From Chrysomallon squamiferum (lineage: Eukaryota; Animalia; Mollusca): DNA of 64,000 nt. Within the stretch, counting starts at the first letter, position 1. The number at the start of each line of letters is the position of its first letter. The stretch is taken from assembly GCA_012295275.1 (NCBI GenBank), contig CM022667.1, forward strand, positions 5,518,001 through 5,582,000, given 5' to 3'. The translations under genes were made by a program, and so were the position numbers. Shown one piece after another: positions 20,168 through 32,085 of this stretch. The notes below the pieces were generated by a model that did not search any database, was not told where the DNA came from, and saw nothing but the letters and a program-made list of their open reading frames with translations.

Positions 20168-20830
20168 ATCAACATTTATCTTGACAAAGTAATTAGTCAT
20201 ATGTGACTTTCAGAAGGGATATTAATTTAATATTGATAAAACAGCTGCAGGTTCTTCCTGTAACAAAGTGTTGATTATTATAATCCAGAAAGTTTCAAAC
20301 ACACATTCACATTAAGAGAGATCTGATTTTATATAATTATAATTTATGATTGGTATTGAAATATTCAGTATTTATGAAAATACAACAAACAAAAAAAAAA
20401 AAAAATAATAATAATAATAATAAAATTAAATTTAAAAAATTAAAACCAAACAAATTAGAAGAAAAAACAAGGTCTGAAAAAACATGAGCAGGATAGGAAA
20501 CACTTCTATTAAGCCAGCTACTGGTAAAGCTTTCCTATGAGAACATACGAAAAAGATGGAATTTCTAAATGGCTCAGTAACCATAGACATACATACAGAC
20601 AGTTTAAGGAAAACCTTTTGATTGCCATTACAAAATAACAATAAAAGCAAGAACAGATTCTTCCTGTAGCAAAGTAGCAAACACACCTGCACAGCAACAG
20701 AGATCTATTTTAATATAATTATAATCTTCGATTTATACTAACACAAATTGAAGAAAAATTAATAATAAATAAATAAATAAAAAACAATATTACTGACAAA
20801 ACATGAGCAGGATAGCGAACACTTCTATAT
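20168..20830 (-). repeat. Rearranged, inverted fragments of the receptor 3'UTR (mirror copy about 27670-28333)
   Basis: 20168-20660 is the reverse complement of parts of 12975-13563; the ORF-track peptide SVCMSMVTEPFRNS recurs at 13097, 20692, 35101 and 59488. Confidence 0.85.
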
Positions 20831-20968
20831 ATATATATATATATATATATATCAGTGACAGAAGTGACAAGGGAAACGATTGTCCCATGAGGGACGCTTT
20901 TCTATAGTAATTGAAAAGCATATAGGAACAATGCAATGTTCCGAGGTTATTATAATTAATGTTGTTCT

Positions 20969-21001
<33 letters not shown>

Positions 21002-21124
21002 ATAAAATGTCCTTCCTTTCATTTTTGTTTTTCATCTAGGGGTATCATAATCCATTTATTATGTATTTCTTTCTTTCTTTCTTTCAAGTTTGCTGGCTAC
21101 TTTATACATGTAGCGAAACTGCTC

Positions 21125-21208
21125 ATGCGCAGAGCATATAAATGGCAATGCTAGTAATGTAAGCCGACACCGGTTTGTAATGGTGGATGAAGTCCCTTCT
21201 GTTTGAAG
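21125..21208 (+). promoter_or_regulatory. Candidate TATA promoter and short non-coding first exon (duplicate of the gene B promoter)
   Basis: CpG-containing patch, ATGCGCA, TATAAA 21137-21142, donor TGAAG|gtatgt at 21209. Confidence 0.5.
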
Positions 21209-23496
21209 GTATGTTTATTTTCATACATAATTAAAATTTTGAACTTCATAATAACGATAACAGTTCGGGCTTATCATAAATGTTTTTATGAATATAATTA
21301 ATTTTGGTATTAATCCTGCAGAAACCATTTGGATAACGAGAACATTTACACAATATACTGAATAATTTGTCACATGTTCTGATGTTGTATATTACCAACA
21401 TAAAAATCATACAAAAAAAATAAAAATAAAATAAAATAAAAACAAATCGGTTATATAATTAGTTTTTCTACGTATTCGGGAGAACAATCATTCGAAGCGC
21501 TATACGTATGAACCGACATATTGCATTCACTTGTAGCTCCATAGTATTAGCAGAATGGAACAAAACATTAACAGTTAACACCTAAATTTCTGTCTCGTGC
21601 CATGGTATACAACTTACGGATGCATCACCCACAGTAACTCATATTAAATCAACATCCTTTGAACTCTGTTTAGAAGTGAAAATCATCATTTTGGTCTTTC
21701 AGCATTCAGCTTCAGCATATTGCAGTGCATCCAGTTTTAAATATTTGAAGCAGTTCTCAAAGCAGGCAAGTGCTTCATGTTAAATGTCATCGTATCTGGG
21801 TTGACTGCCAGATAGCTCTTTAGGAAAACAGCAACAACAACAACAACAACAAAAAAGAAACTAGAGAAGATGATGAAGATACCTTAAAATATTGTCAAAG
21901 ATATTGCATTTCAAAGTTATCAAATATCCACAGTCTGAATAAAAGGAAATTTTAAGTTTTTCCAAAATTAGCTCAGTCTTAAGTCATAAGAAACTAATTA
22001 AATTTGCAGGGGGTATCTTTAGCAGTTTTGCATAATTGTTCTCTTTATAGACACTTTGATAAAGACAGATGTAATGAATTACATATTACATTCTGTTTCA
22101 GTTGCTATATGAATGTGTGATCATTTTTGAGTAAGAGTTGTCTTTCCAAAATAGATAAAATCAAATTTCCATAATTTTGATATCCTGCAGATGATCTTGT
22201 AGCGTTGTTATTCCTGATTGGTAATTAATCATGGATTAGGCACTATTGCTTCACTTCAAATGGCTATTAAACAGTAAACACAGGGGTTATTTGTCAAACT
22301 AAAAGCAGAATGTGAAAGAAGATAGATCTAACTGTTCCACTTAAGAAATCTGTACTTTATAATTATTGATTGGCTATTTTCATTTTTTAATGTTTGGTTT
22401 TTTTTTTGTACTTTTTTGTTTATTTCTCTGCTTTGCTTGTTTTTGGATTTTCAGTTATGTTTTTGTAACAGATTCCTGAAACAAAATAAAATGAAAAATG
22501 ATCTTATTCTGATTTTAAGCACAGAGTATAGTAAACAGTGTAAGACTGGAAATTCACAATTACTGAAAGAAAAAACAAATACATAAGTTTGTAATGAGCA
22601 GCTCTACCATCCATTAACATTGCTAATTAAAGTTAATTGCTTAGGAATTCACTTAATAAAAATAATTTTAGTTAATATTTTGAATAAGAAGTAGAGTTTT
22701 TAGTGTAAATATGTGACAGTACACAGGTTTTGTTAAGATTGTTTTCCCATCTGAATTATGGCAATTTTACTCAGCTCTTTTATAATTAGATTTCATGGGG
22801 AAAAAAATGTTTTTATGACATACTCAGATACTTCCCTGCTCTGTAAAACCTTGTAAAATGTGGCTACAGAAATTTTTGTTGGATTAGCTGCAATTGCTAA
22901 GACAGTTTTTCTCCTTATATGGATTACAGTAAAACAAATACTTCCTGGCAGACATTTCAGTACAGTTATAATTGTTCTTTATTCTTCATTTTTTTTCTAA
23001 AATTCCTGTTAGACTACAGTCTTTCTTTTAGAAAGAGAAACAGATGGTAATAAGGATGAAAACAAATACAAAATTGCATGTTCACAAAACATTTTTGTAA
23101 GACTCTAATTATATGTGAGTTTTGATATGGTAGTGCTATTTGAGTAACTGTTTAATAACATCTTAACACTTTGGCATGATATTTTCATCATCCAAGAAAC
23201 CCCTGTAAGCCCTCTGATTATTTTCATCGTTGAAATAAAATACTTGGCAAATATCTATTTATTGTCCAATCCTCATGGGACTTTTTAAAAAATATGCCTC
23301 AGTGTTTTGATGAAATGCACACAGCATTCCTTATATTTTCTTTACAGTGTTAGTAATAATGATGTTGTTTGTTTGTTCATTATTTTATACACTATAACAT
23401 TGTAGAACAAACACTTGTGAACAAAGCATGACAAAATGAATGAAATAGAGCAAAGAATAATGTTGGCAATGAATTCTGGCTCCAAACAAAAACAAA

Positions 23497-23696
23497 NNNN
23501 NNNNNNNNNNNNNNNNNNNNNNNNNNNNNNNNNNNNNNNNNNNNNNNNNNNNNNNNNNNNNNNNNNNNNNNNNNNNNNNNNNNNNNNNNNNNNNNNNNNN
23601 NNNNNNNNNNNNNNNNNNNNNNNNNNNNNNNNNNNNNNNNNNNNNNNNNNNNNNNNNNNNNNNNNNNNNNNNNNNNNNNNNNNNNNNNNNNNNNNN
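23497..23696. other. Assembly gap (200 N)
   Basis: Exactly 200 N, a fixed-size placeholder typical of scaffolding joins. Confidence 0.99.
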
Positions 23697-24480
23697 TCAC
23701 ATAATTTCACAGTGCATTCAGATTTAGTGTGTGTTGCCTAAAGCACTGGCTGATAGTTGGAGGCAGTAAAGTGAGGTACATTTATACATATTTAAATACA
23801 CACAATCAGTTCTCAAGCATTCTTAGGGTAATATCCAAGGACTGCAAAATAGCAGGTTTGACTATTTATTGTAAATATATTTTGTATTCACTTTATTTAT
23901 TTTTATTTTGATAAACCAGCAATATATTCAGAAAGAATTAAAAATTATACATTTATTTTTATGATAAGTGAAAGGAATATCTATTAAATCATTTTGTTAG
24001 ATAGCAAGAAATCAATTTTTGCAAATGCTTTCTGAAAATACAACACAAAAATCATAATCCAGTTGTAAATCCTATAAACTTCAATCCAATCACTGTACTG
24101 ACTGTACTACATGATCATAAAAATAGAAATCAATTGCCTACAAGAAGAAGACATCAGTCTAAAACATCAGATTATTTGTAAAACACAATAATCATTATGT
24201 CATTGAACTTTATAGTTGACATAAAAGGTGAACAAGCTTAAAGAAGAATCTCTGTAGTATAATGATGGTTATCATTTCATTCATGAATATTTTAACAGGA
24301 AATGATTATGAAAAAAAGATGAAAAGCAATCTAACTACAAATGTGAAAGAATCAGTTACATTATTAGTGAAATAGAATGATACACACAAATGTTTAGAAG
24401 TGTTTAGCTACTAATGTGACAGTGGATAAGCTTCTCTTTGCGTAATGAATTATGGTTAAAACAAAAATATTGTTACTTAC

Positions 24481-25935
24481 TTGAAATTATTTTTGGGCAT
24501 GTAGTATTACCAACACCAGGTGGTGTTCCATCACTGCAGATCCATTCACCTTCATCAACAGTTCTATTGAATGACTCGACAGTGAGAGTAATTTGTGAAG
24601 ACGAATCTCTTACAAAACTGTATCCTGGTCTAAACCCGACTGTAAGACAGTCTGTATTTGCAGTGTTACAGACTAAAACTTCTTCTGGTTTTCCACCATT
24701 TGGTGGAAATATTTTACTCCACTTGTTACTGTACCAGTGATTTTACAGGTTAATTTAGTTGGTTTCCATTCCAGTGGATTATCCAAACAATTAATATACG
24801 TGTTTGCAATAGCTGTAAAAAAATATATATTTTAAGAAAGTTTCCAGTAAACAAATAGACAATATCTTTATCAAACAGAAAGAGAAATTCTATCTTTACA
24901 AATCTGTTTAGTAAACATCGTTATCATATTTAAAATATCATATTAACACAGACTGTGTATTTGTTTTCCAGAAAGATAAAAGCTCACAAATCAAATTTTA
25001 GGAAAAGTGAATCACTTACTGGTGTAATTTGTAATTTACTTTATCATCATTATGGGTCAGAAAGAAGGAATCCTAAATGTTTCCTTTTCTGTACAGACTC
25101 TTTAAGAAAAGTGACAGTGCAATGTTGTTGTATATATATTTTGTTTCTTCTTAAATAGAATAGAGGACCCATCTTTAAATCAAAACACAGAACAAATTTT
25201 ATGATTTTGGTTTCATTAGAACTGTAGTAAGCCACTGATTCAAAAATGACTTTGGTTTTGATAATTAGGTACAGTACACGCTACATTTCATTTTGTGTAA
25301 CTCATGACCTTGAAATAAATTTAAATCAGAATAACTGCCAAGAATGGTGACAAGATAAAATAATAAATAAATAAATAAATAAAAATCATTAGTACAGTAC
25401 TATATCTTTTTATTATTTTGTTATCTCCAATTGAAATAGGCAAGACACACGATTTAATGTGTTTGAATTCATGAGTCACTTGAAATTGGGAATGAAATCT
25501 TCATTAAGTCAAAAATATCTTAAGCTTATAACTTATAAGATTACTATTTAATAACTCAAAAGGCCAAGATAATTAATATTGGGTACACTTAAATATGAAC
25601 AAAATAATCCAGAATTTTAAACAAGATTAATGATAATAAAATTACTTGTTTGGGGAGAAGCTAAGGCCTATGTCTTGGCTTTCTTTCAAGAATTGTATTT
25701 CCTAAACTGAATCAAGAAATATTTACAATTCAAATGTTGCACTCCATATGAATACTGTAAAGTTATACAATAATGCCATTCAACATGGGATTTATATGCA
25801 AACAATTACTTATATTTAATTAGTATCAGAACTATCATCATATCTGTGAACTATTTTTAATGACTCACCTTCAACAGAATTCCAATTAAAGAGAATAAGA
25901 GCTGCTGTGTAAAAAACAGTGGAATAAATAGCCAT
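24481..25935 (-). pseudogene. Gene B: paralog of gene A (signal peptide plus V-like domain) with a 1-nt frameshift; 3' exons not found in the window
   Basis: Signal exon 25869-25935 MAIYSTVFYTAALILFNWNSVE|gtgagt. Ig exon 24481-24812 is 332 nt vs 333 in A; deletion near 24707 (AAA TAT TT- CCA CCA AAT) leads to an early TAG. Corrected translation is 68/111 identical to A by hand count. Could be an assembly indel. Confidence 0.85.
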
Positions 25936-27308
25936 GTCTGTGAAGAGAAGAATATTTATTTTTAATATAAGTTGCACAATTTAAAGCAAATTTATTGTTG
26001 TTGACAAGATCACTTTAATCAATCAATTCTGCTTAATAAACAAATTTCATTTTATCTGATCAATAGTTTTTCATTAATGTGGATGAATTTAAAAAAACAA
26101 CAAACAAACAAACATTAAATAATGAAAATAGCCAATTAATAATTATAAAGTACAGATTTCTTAAGTGGAACAGTTAGATCAATCTTGTTTCACATTCTGC
26201 TTTCAGTTTGACAAATAACCCCTGTGTTTACTGTTTAATAGCCATTTGAAGTGAAGCAACAGTGCCTAACCCATGATTAATTACCAATCAGGAATGACAA
26301 CGCTACAAGATCATCTGCAGGATATCAAAATTATGGAAATTTGATTTTACCTATTTTAGAAAGACAACTCTTACTAAAAAAATTATCACACATTCATATA
26401 GCAACTGAAACAGAATGTAATATGTAATTCATTACATCTGTCTTTATCAAAGTGTCTATAAAGAGAACAACTGATGGAACAGATTCTGCAAAACTGGTAA
26501 AGATACCTCCTGAAAATTTAATTAGTTTCTTATGACTTAAGACTGAGCTAATTTTGGAAAAACTTAAAATTTCCTTTTATTCAGACTGTGGATATTTGAT
26601 AACTTTGAAATGCAATATCTTTGACAATATTTTAAGGTATCTTCATCATCTTCTCTAGTTTCTTTTTTGTTGTTGTTGTTGCTGTTTTCCTAAAGAGCTA
26701 TCTGGCAGTCAACCCAGATACGATGACATTTAACATGAAGCACTTGCCTGCTTTGAGAACTGCTTCAAATATTTAAAACTGCTTCAAATATTAAAAATAT
26801 GCTGAAGCTGAATGCTGAAAGACCAAAATGATGATTTTCACTTCTAAACAGAGTTCAAAGGATGTTGATTTAATATGAGTTACTGTGGGTGATGCATCCG
26901 TAAGTTGTATACCATGGCACGAGACAGAAATTTAGGTGTTAACTGTTAATGTTTTGTTCCATTCTGCTAATACTATGGAGCTACAAGTGAATGCAATATG
27001 TCGGTTCATACGTATAGCGCTTCGAATGATTGTTCTCCCGAATACGTAGAAAAACTAATTATATAACCGATTTGTATTTATTTTATTTTATTTTTATTTT
27101 TTTTGTATGATTTTTATGTTGGTAATATACAACATCAGAACATGTGACAAATTATTCAGTATATTGTGTAAATGTTCTCGTTATCCAAATGGTTTCTGGA
27201 GGATTAATACCAAAATTAATTATATTCATAAAAACATTTATGATAAGCCCGAACTGTTATCGTTATTATCAAGTTCAAAATTTTAATTATGTATGAAAAT
27301 AAACATAC

Positions 27309-27392
27309 CTTCAAACAGAAGGGACTTCATCCACCATTACAAACCGGTGTCGGCTTACATTACTAGCATTGCCATTTATATGCTCTGCGCAT
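27309..27392 (-). promoter_or_regulatory. Candidate promoter and non-coding first exon of gene B
   Basis: TATAAA (minus, 27375-27380), donor at 27308, next clear acceptor at 25938 directly before the gene B ATG. Confidence 0.55.
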
Positions 27393-30041
27393 GAGCAGTT
27401 TCGCTACATGTATAAAGTAGCCAGCAAACTTGAAAGAAAGAAAGAAAGAAATACATAATAAATGGATTATGATACCCCTAGATGAAAAACAAAAATGAAA
27501 GGAAGGACATTTTATTAACACACACACACATTAAGAACAACATTAATTATAATAACCTCGGAACATTGCATTGTTCCTATATGCTTTTCAATTACTATAG
27601 AAAAGCGTCCCTCATGGGACAATCGTTTCCCTTGTCACTTCTGTCACTGATATATATATATATATATATATATAGAAGTGTTCGCTATCCTGCTCATGTT
27701 TTGTCAGTAATATTGTTTTTTATTTATTTATTTATTATTAATTTTTCTTCAATTTGTGTTAGTATAAATCGAAGATTATAATTATATTAAAATAGATCTC
27801 TGTTGCTGTGCAGGTGTGTTTGCTACTTTGCTACAGGAAGAATCTGTTCTTGCTTTTATTGTTATTTTGTAATGGCAATCAAAAGGTTTTCCTTAAACTG
27901 TCTGTATGTATGTCTATGGTTACTGAGCCATTTAGAAATTCCATCTTTTTTTCGTATGTTCTCATAGGAAAGCTTTACCAGTAGCTGGCTTAATAGAAGT
28001 GTTTCCTATCCTGCTCATGTTTTTTCAGACCTTGTTTTTTCTTCTAATTTGTTTGGTTTTAATTTTTTAAATTTAATTTTATTATTATTATTATTATTAT
28101 TATTTTTTTAATTTGTTGTATTTTCATAAATACTGAATATTTCAATACCAATCATAAATTATAATTATATAAAACCAGATCTCTCTTAATGTGAATGTGT
28201 GTTTGAAACTTTCTGGATTATAATAATCAACACTTTGTTACAGGAAGAACCTGCAGCTGTTTTATCAATATTAAATTAATATCCCTTCTGAAAGTCACAT
28301 ATGACTAATTACTTTGTCAAGATAAATGTTGATTGGCATTTCTTGAGTAAAATAACCCGTTTTCAGTTCCATGTAGATTTACGAAATAATAAACTGTTTA
28401 ATTATTTATCCACGCTTTTAAAATGCTGAGGAATTCTTTTTTTTTTTTTTTTTTCCTTTTTGCCCCATTCACTATTTAACTTGTTTAATATTTGAATTGA
28501 TAAGAGAAGCTTTTTAAAGACTGAGTATATTAGAAAATATTTTATAACTGTCCAAATATATTTCATCGAAATTTAAAATGTTAATGTTTAATTTTAAGCA
28601 GTATAAGATCCATTAGGACGGTTCATTTAAAAAATGAGCTTGACACTTGTTACCTTCTTGGGAAACTGAAATGCCTCGTTATTTCTGTTGCTTAATGCAA
28701 GTTGTATTTTGGAATGCATGGCTAAGGGATGCAATGTCACAATACATCTTTGAAATAACTCCTTTGCTATACGAAGCAAGAAAGGTCGAAATACTATTGG
28801 ATGGCTGTTTACCACTGTATCACGAGGCCCACATAATTGAACATTCTGAATGTTTTACTAGGGCTCAGTAAGGTGTTTTTGTGGCCACCTGACAAGCAAT
28901 TTAAAAACCATAAACTGAATTCAGATTGCGTAACAAATTTATCTTTATGCGACATCCGCCTGTTTATTTTTATGTCATGGAATTTAAATTGCGTAACTAA
29001 TTGTTACTTCAATCACATCCGCGCTTTTTATTTTTGCCAACAGTTTTCAACTCGTTGTTTTAAAAGAGCCGGCACTTGGTAATTAAGCAGCGAAGGAAAA
29101 GGCCAACACGAGAGCTCAGTCAGGCGGGGAAACCAATGTTTTTGAATGACATTGTCTTCACGGACGAGTATGGTAAGCAGGTATCTATTCTTATTTTGAT
29201 AGTGTGTAATGTGCATATAGCCTGTGTCAATAACATTTAATACATCTAAAATTTTACTTGTTTAATCTGTCCTCCGTGCAGATTTTTATTTTGACTTGGT
29301 TCCCCGCATGACCTTACTCGTATTATTAATTAAAATTACTCAAACATATGTTTTATCGAGTGTATAAAGTATTATTATCAATACACCTGTATATCCTAAT
29401 TAAATAATTAACGTGAACCTTAACTTGTGTTTATTTCTCCAGTGGATAGAGAGATTTATTGATTTATATAGATTGCTGAGAATTGAGCGTTTATATTCCT
29501 TGTTAGATGGCCATTAATGCACCTTTTTACCCTAGGTTGAGCCTTAACATAACATCCAAGATGTCTAATGGCGTGGTCTCCGTTACAATAGGTTAATTGT
29601 ACATTACACCCTATCAAAATAGGAACAGACACAGTTTTCCACAAGGAGCATATCTGTCATAAACATTTGTCCCCCGCCTAACTGCTGGCTAACACCTTGA
29701 GCTCTCCTTTTGGCTTTTCTCTCTAATTATCTGAACTAAACTAACCAGAACAAATGAATCAAGTAAAGGTGTTCTGAGACACCTCTGCGACAGTCACGGT
29801 CTCTGACAAAGACGGGGGCATATCTGTCGCAGAAGAGAGTTGAGGAAGAAAAGAGAACGGGTTCTCGTTAGGCCTGCAAGACACAAACAGAGTATCGGGC
29901 AGATCGAAGCGTAAGCAGCTGGTTGTGGTGTTTTGTCTTTGTTGTTTTTTCCGCTTATTGATGTCCCAAGAGTTGTGCTGTTCGTTCACTTTGTTGTTTT
30001 TATCACTAAATTTGTGAGGATCGTGAGGATCTGGCCGTGAA

Positions 30042-31375
30042 TGTCACAGAAAACTAATTAACAAAATAAGTTGGTTACATAATCTGAATTCCTGATACAT
30101 GACCTGGCTATCCACACATTTAGAAAATTTAGCATACCTAAGTATATAAACGTCGCATAATAACAAAGAGCAGCAGTATATGATACATACGAAAAATATC
30201 TGTGAAACAATACATAAAAGAGTAACGTTATCAATGTATCAGCTTCCGTAAGTATTATTTCCCTGGTTCGCCATAGGTTGATTAATAGAAATCAAGAATA
30301 TGGTCATGAAGAAAAGAAGAAGACAACATTATATTCTGGAAGGATCACTAGCTACATGTTTTATAGTAACTGGGTATTCCTGTGATATCAAACTCCAGCG
30401 TAACACTCACCGATTAGTTTCTGTCATACGATCTCTTGTAATCCGTGGATGAGGTGCAGCCTTCGCGTACACTTGAAAATGTTTCAAGGCTTGAATCAAG
30501 ACCAGAGCTTCTTTTTCAAACAGTTGAATAACTAAGCTGATGTGTATTTTTAAAAATAATATATTTTTTTTTACAATTTGGAAAACAAAAAATGACTGGA
30601 TGGTCTAATCCACTGAGATCTTCTTGAAACACAACTACCCCGGAACCAACATTTTTGAAAATGCTTTTACAGTAGGATAGTAAAATTTCTGAAGCACTTT
30701 TCTGTCCAGCTGAATTTGTTACCCCATTCTGTTACCCTTTGGTACATTGACAGTTGCAAAGGTTTGAGAGAAAAGACGGTAATGTCCTGTTATTGATATC
30801 ATTTTTCCAAGCTCTACTATATGTCCTAAAAATGTCACCTGAGCTTAACTAAATTCACCTGAGCTTGCCTCTCGAACCGTAGCAAAAAACGAAACTGGTA
30901 TAATCCATCAGGTGTTACAGCAGCTAAAAGCTGTGTAGCTCGGTCATTCCAGGGAATCTGGCGATATCCTTTTAGCTAAACCAACTTGGTGATGTATTTG
31001 ATGATACTTTGGTCTACCCACGGCAGGGGTATTTTTGAATCTGTTTTAATCAGTTGATTAATTTTGCGCAAATCGACACATAACCGGTGACTTTATCTGG
31101 CTTTGCTGCCGAGATACCTGGACTTGATCACTCAATTCGTGATAGTTCAATAATCTTATGCTCAAGCACGTATTCAATTTCTGACCTCATTATGGCCTTA
31201 CTGTAACCTCTCTTTGACTTTGGCTACATAGTTCAGAAGATTCTCAGAGTTATTGTCCTAAAAGTAGTTATTTCTTATTGTATTTACCTATGGGAGTGTG
31301 ACCATGTACCAAGATAAATGGGGAGAAACCCAATGATTATTGTTTTTAATCTCTAAAAGCAAATAGTACATAGTG
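30042..31375 (-). mobile_element. Second, more deleted copy of the gypsy remnant
   Basis: Mirror copy lacking the equivalents of about 17320-17470 and 17740-17835. Confidence 0.85.
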
Positions 31376-31409
31376 TATCCCTGATTCCACTCTTGAACAT
31401 TTGCACTGC

Positions 31410-32085
31410 AGTAACACCTCAATTGCGACCATCCACTTCATCATCATGCTGGCCCTGGTGAACACCAACTACAAATTTATGTATGTGGAGTGAGGTGCAT
31501 ATGGTGCTGAATCTGATGCTGAAATCTTCAGGCAGTGTAGACTGTATCGTACTCTGAAGCAGAATCCCTGCCAAGTGCTGACACTGATGTCCCATACGTC
31601 CTTGTCGGTGGACGATTTGCCATCAGAAGCTGGATGATGAAGCCACACACCAACAAAGAAATGACCGCAGCAGAGCCCGTCTTCAAATTCAGGTTGTCCA
31701 TGGCCCGCACGATTGTGTATAATGCTTTTGGCTATTTGGCCAACAGGTATGTACAAATATTCTTTTGCATTTCATGATAATTTTGTTACTTAGGAATTTC
31801 TTTTACACTGATGTGACTTTCAATTGATAGTTCTTCAAGGAATTTTGTAATAATTCAATGATTTTATTCCGTTTCCAGGTTCAGGCGTCTTCACTCGTGC
31901 ATAATGCAAATACCTCAGACAGTTGTCTTGGTAGCTTGTGCCGTACACAACTTGTTGGCTGACAAGAAGCAGAAAGAGGGAACACAACGACACATGGTGG
32001 GGTGATTGTAAACAAATCTGCTGCTAGAAGGTGACAGGTGCCCATTAGTCTCTCGGCTGTTCGCGCCTGCTTCACCCGGAATGTA
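31410..32085 (+). mobile_element. Second copy of the Harbinger transposase fragment
   Basis: Mirror copy; intron 31747-31878 (AACAG|gtatgt...tttccag|GTTCAGG). Confidence 0.88.

Larger units (their letters stand above)
12330..22395 (+). repeat. Left arm of roughly 10 kb inverted segmental duplication
   Basis: Reverse-complement match to about 26110-35875 throughout; ORF-track pairs such as 16452/31756, 18508/29989, 19689/28815 and 14751/33432 are near identical. Confidence 0.95.

Noticed and set aside
22472-22540. Possible signal-peptide exon (MKNDLILILSTEYSKQ) after the duplicated promoter
   Set aside because: Hydrophobic core too short and no similarity to the A/B signal exons
24438-24740. 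100-aa plus-strand ORF
   Set aside because: Antisense shadow of the gene B Ig exon
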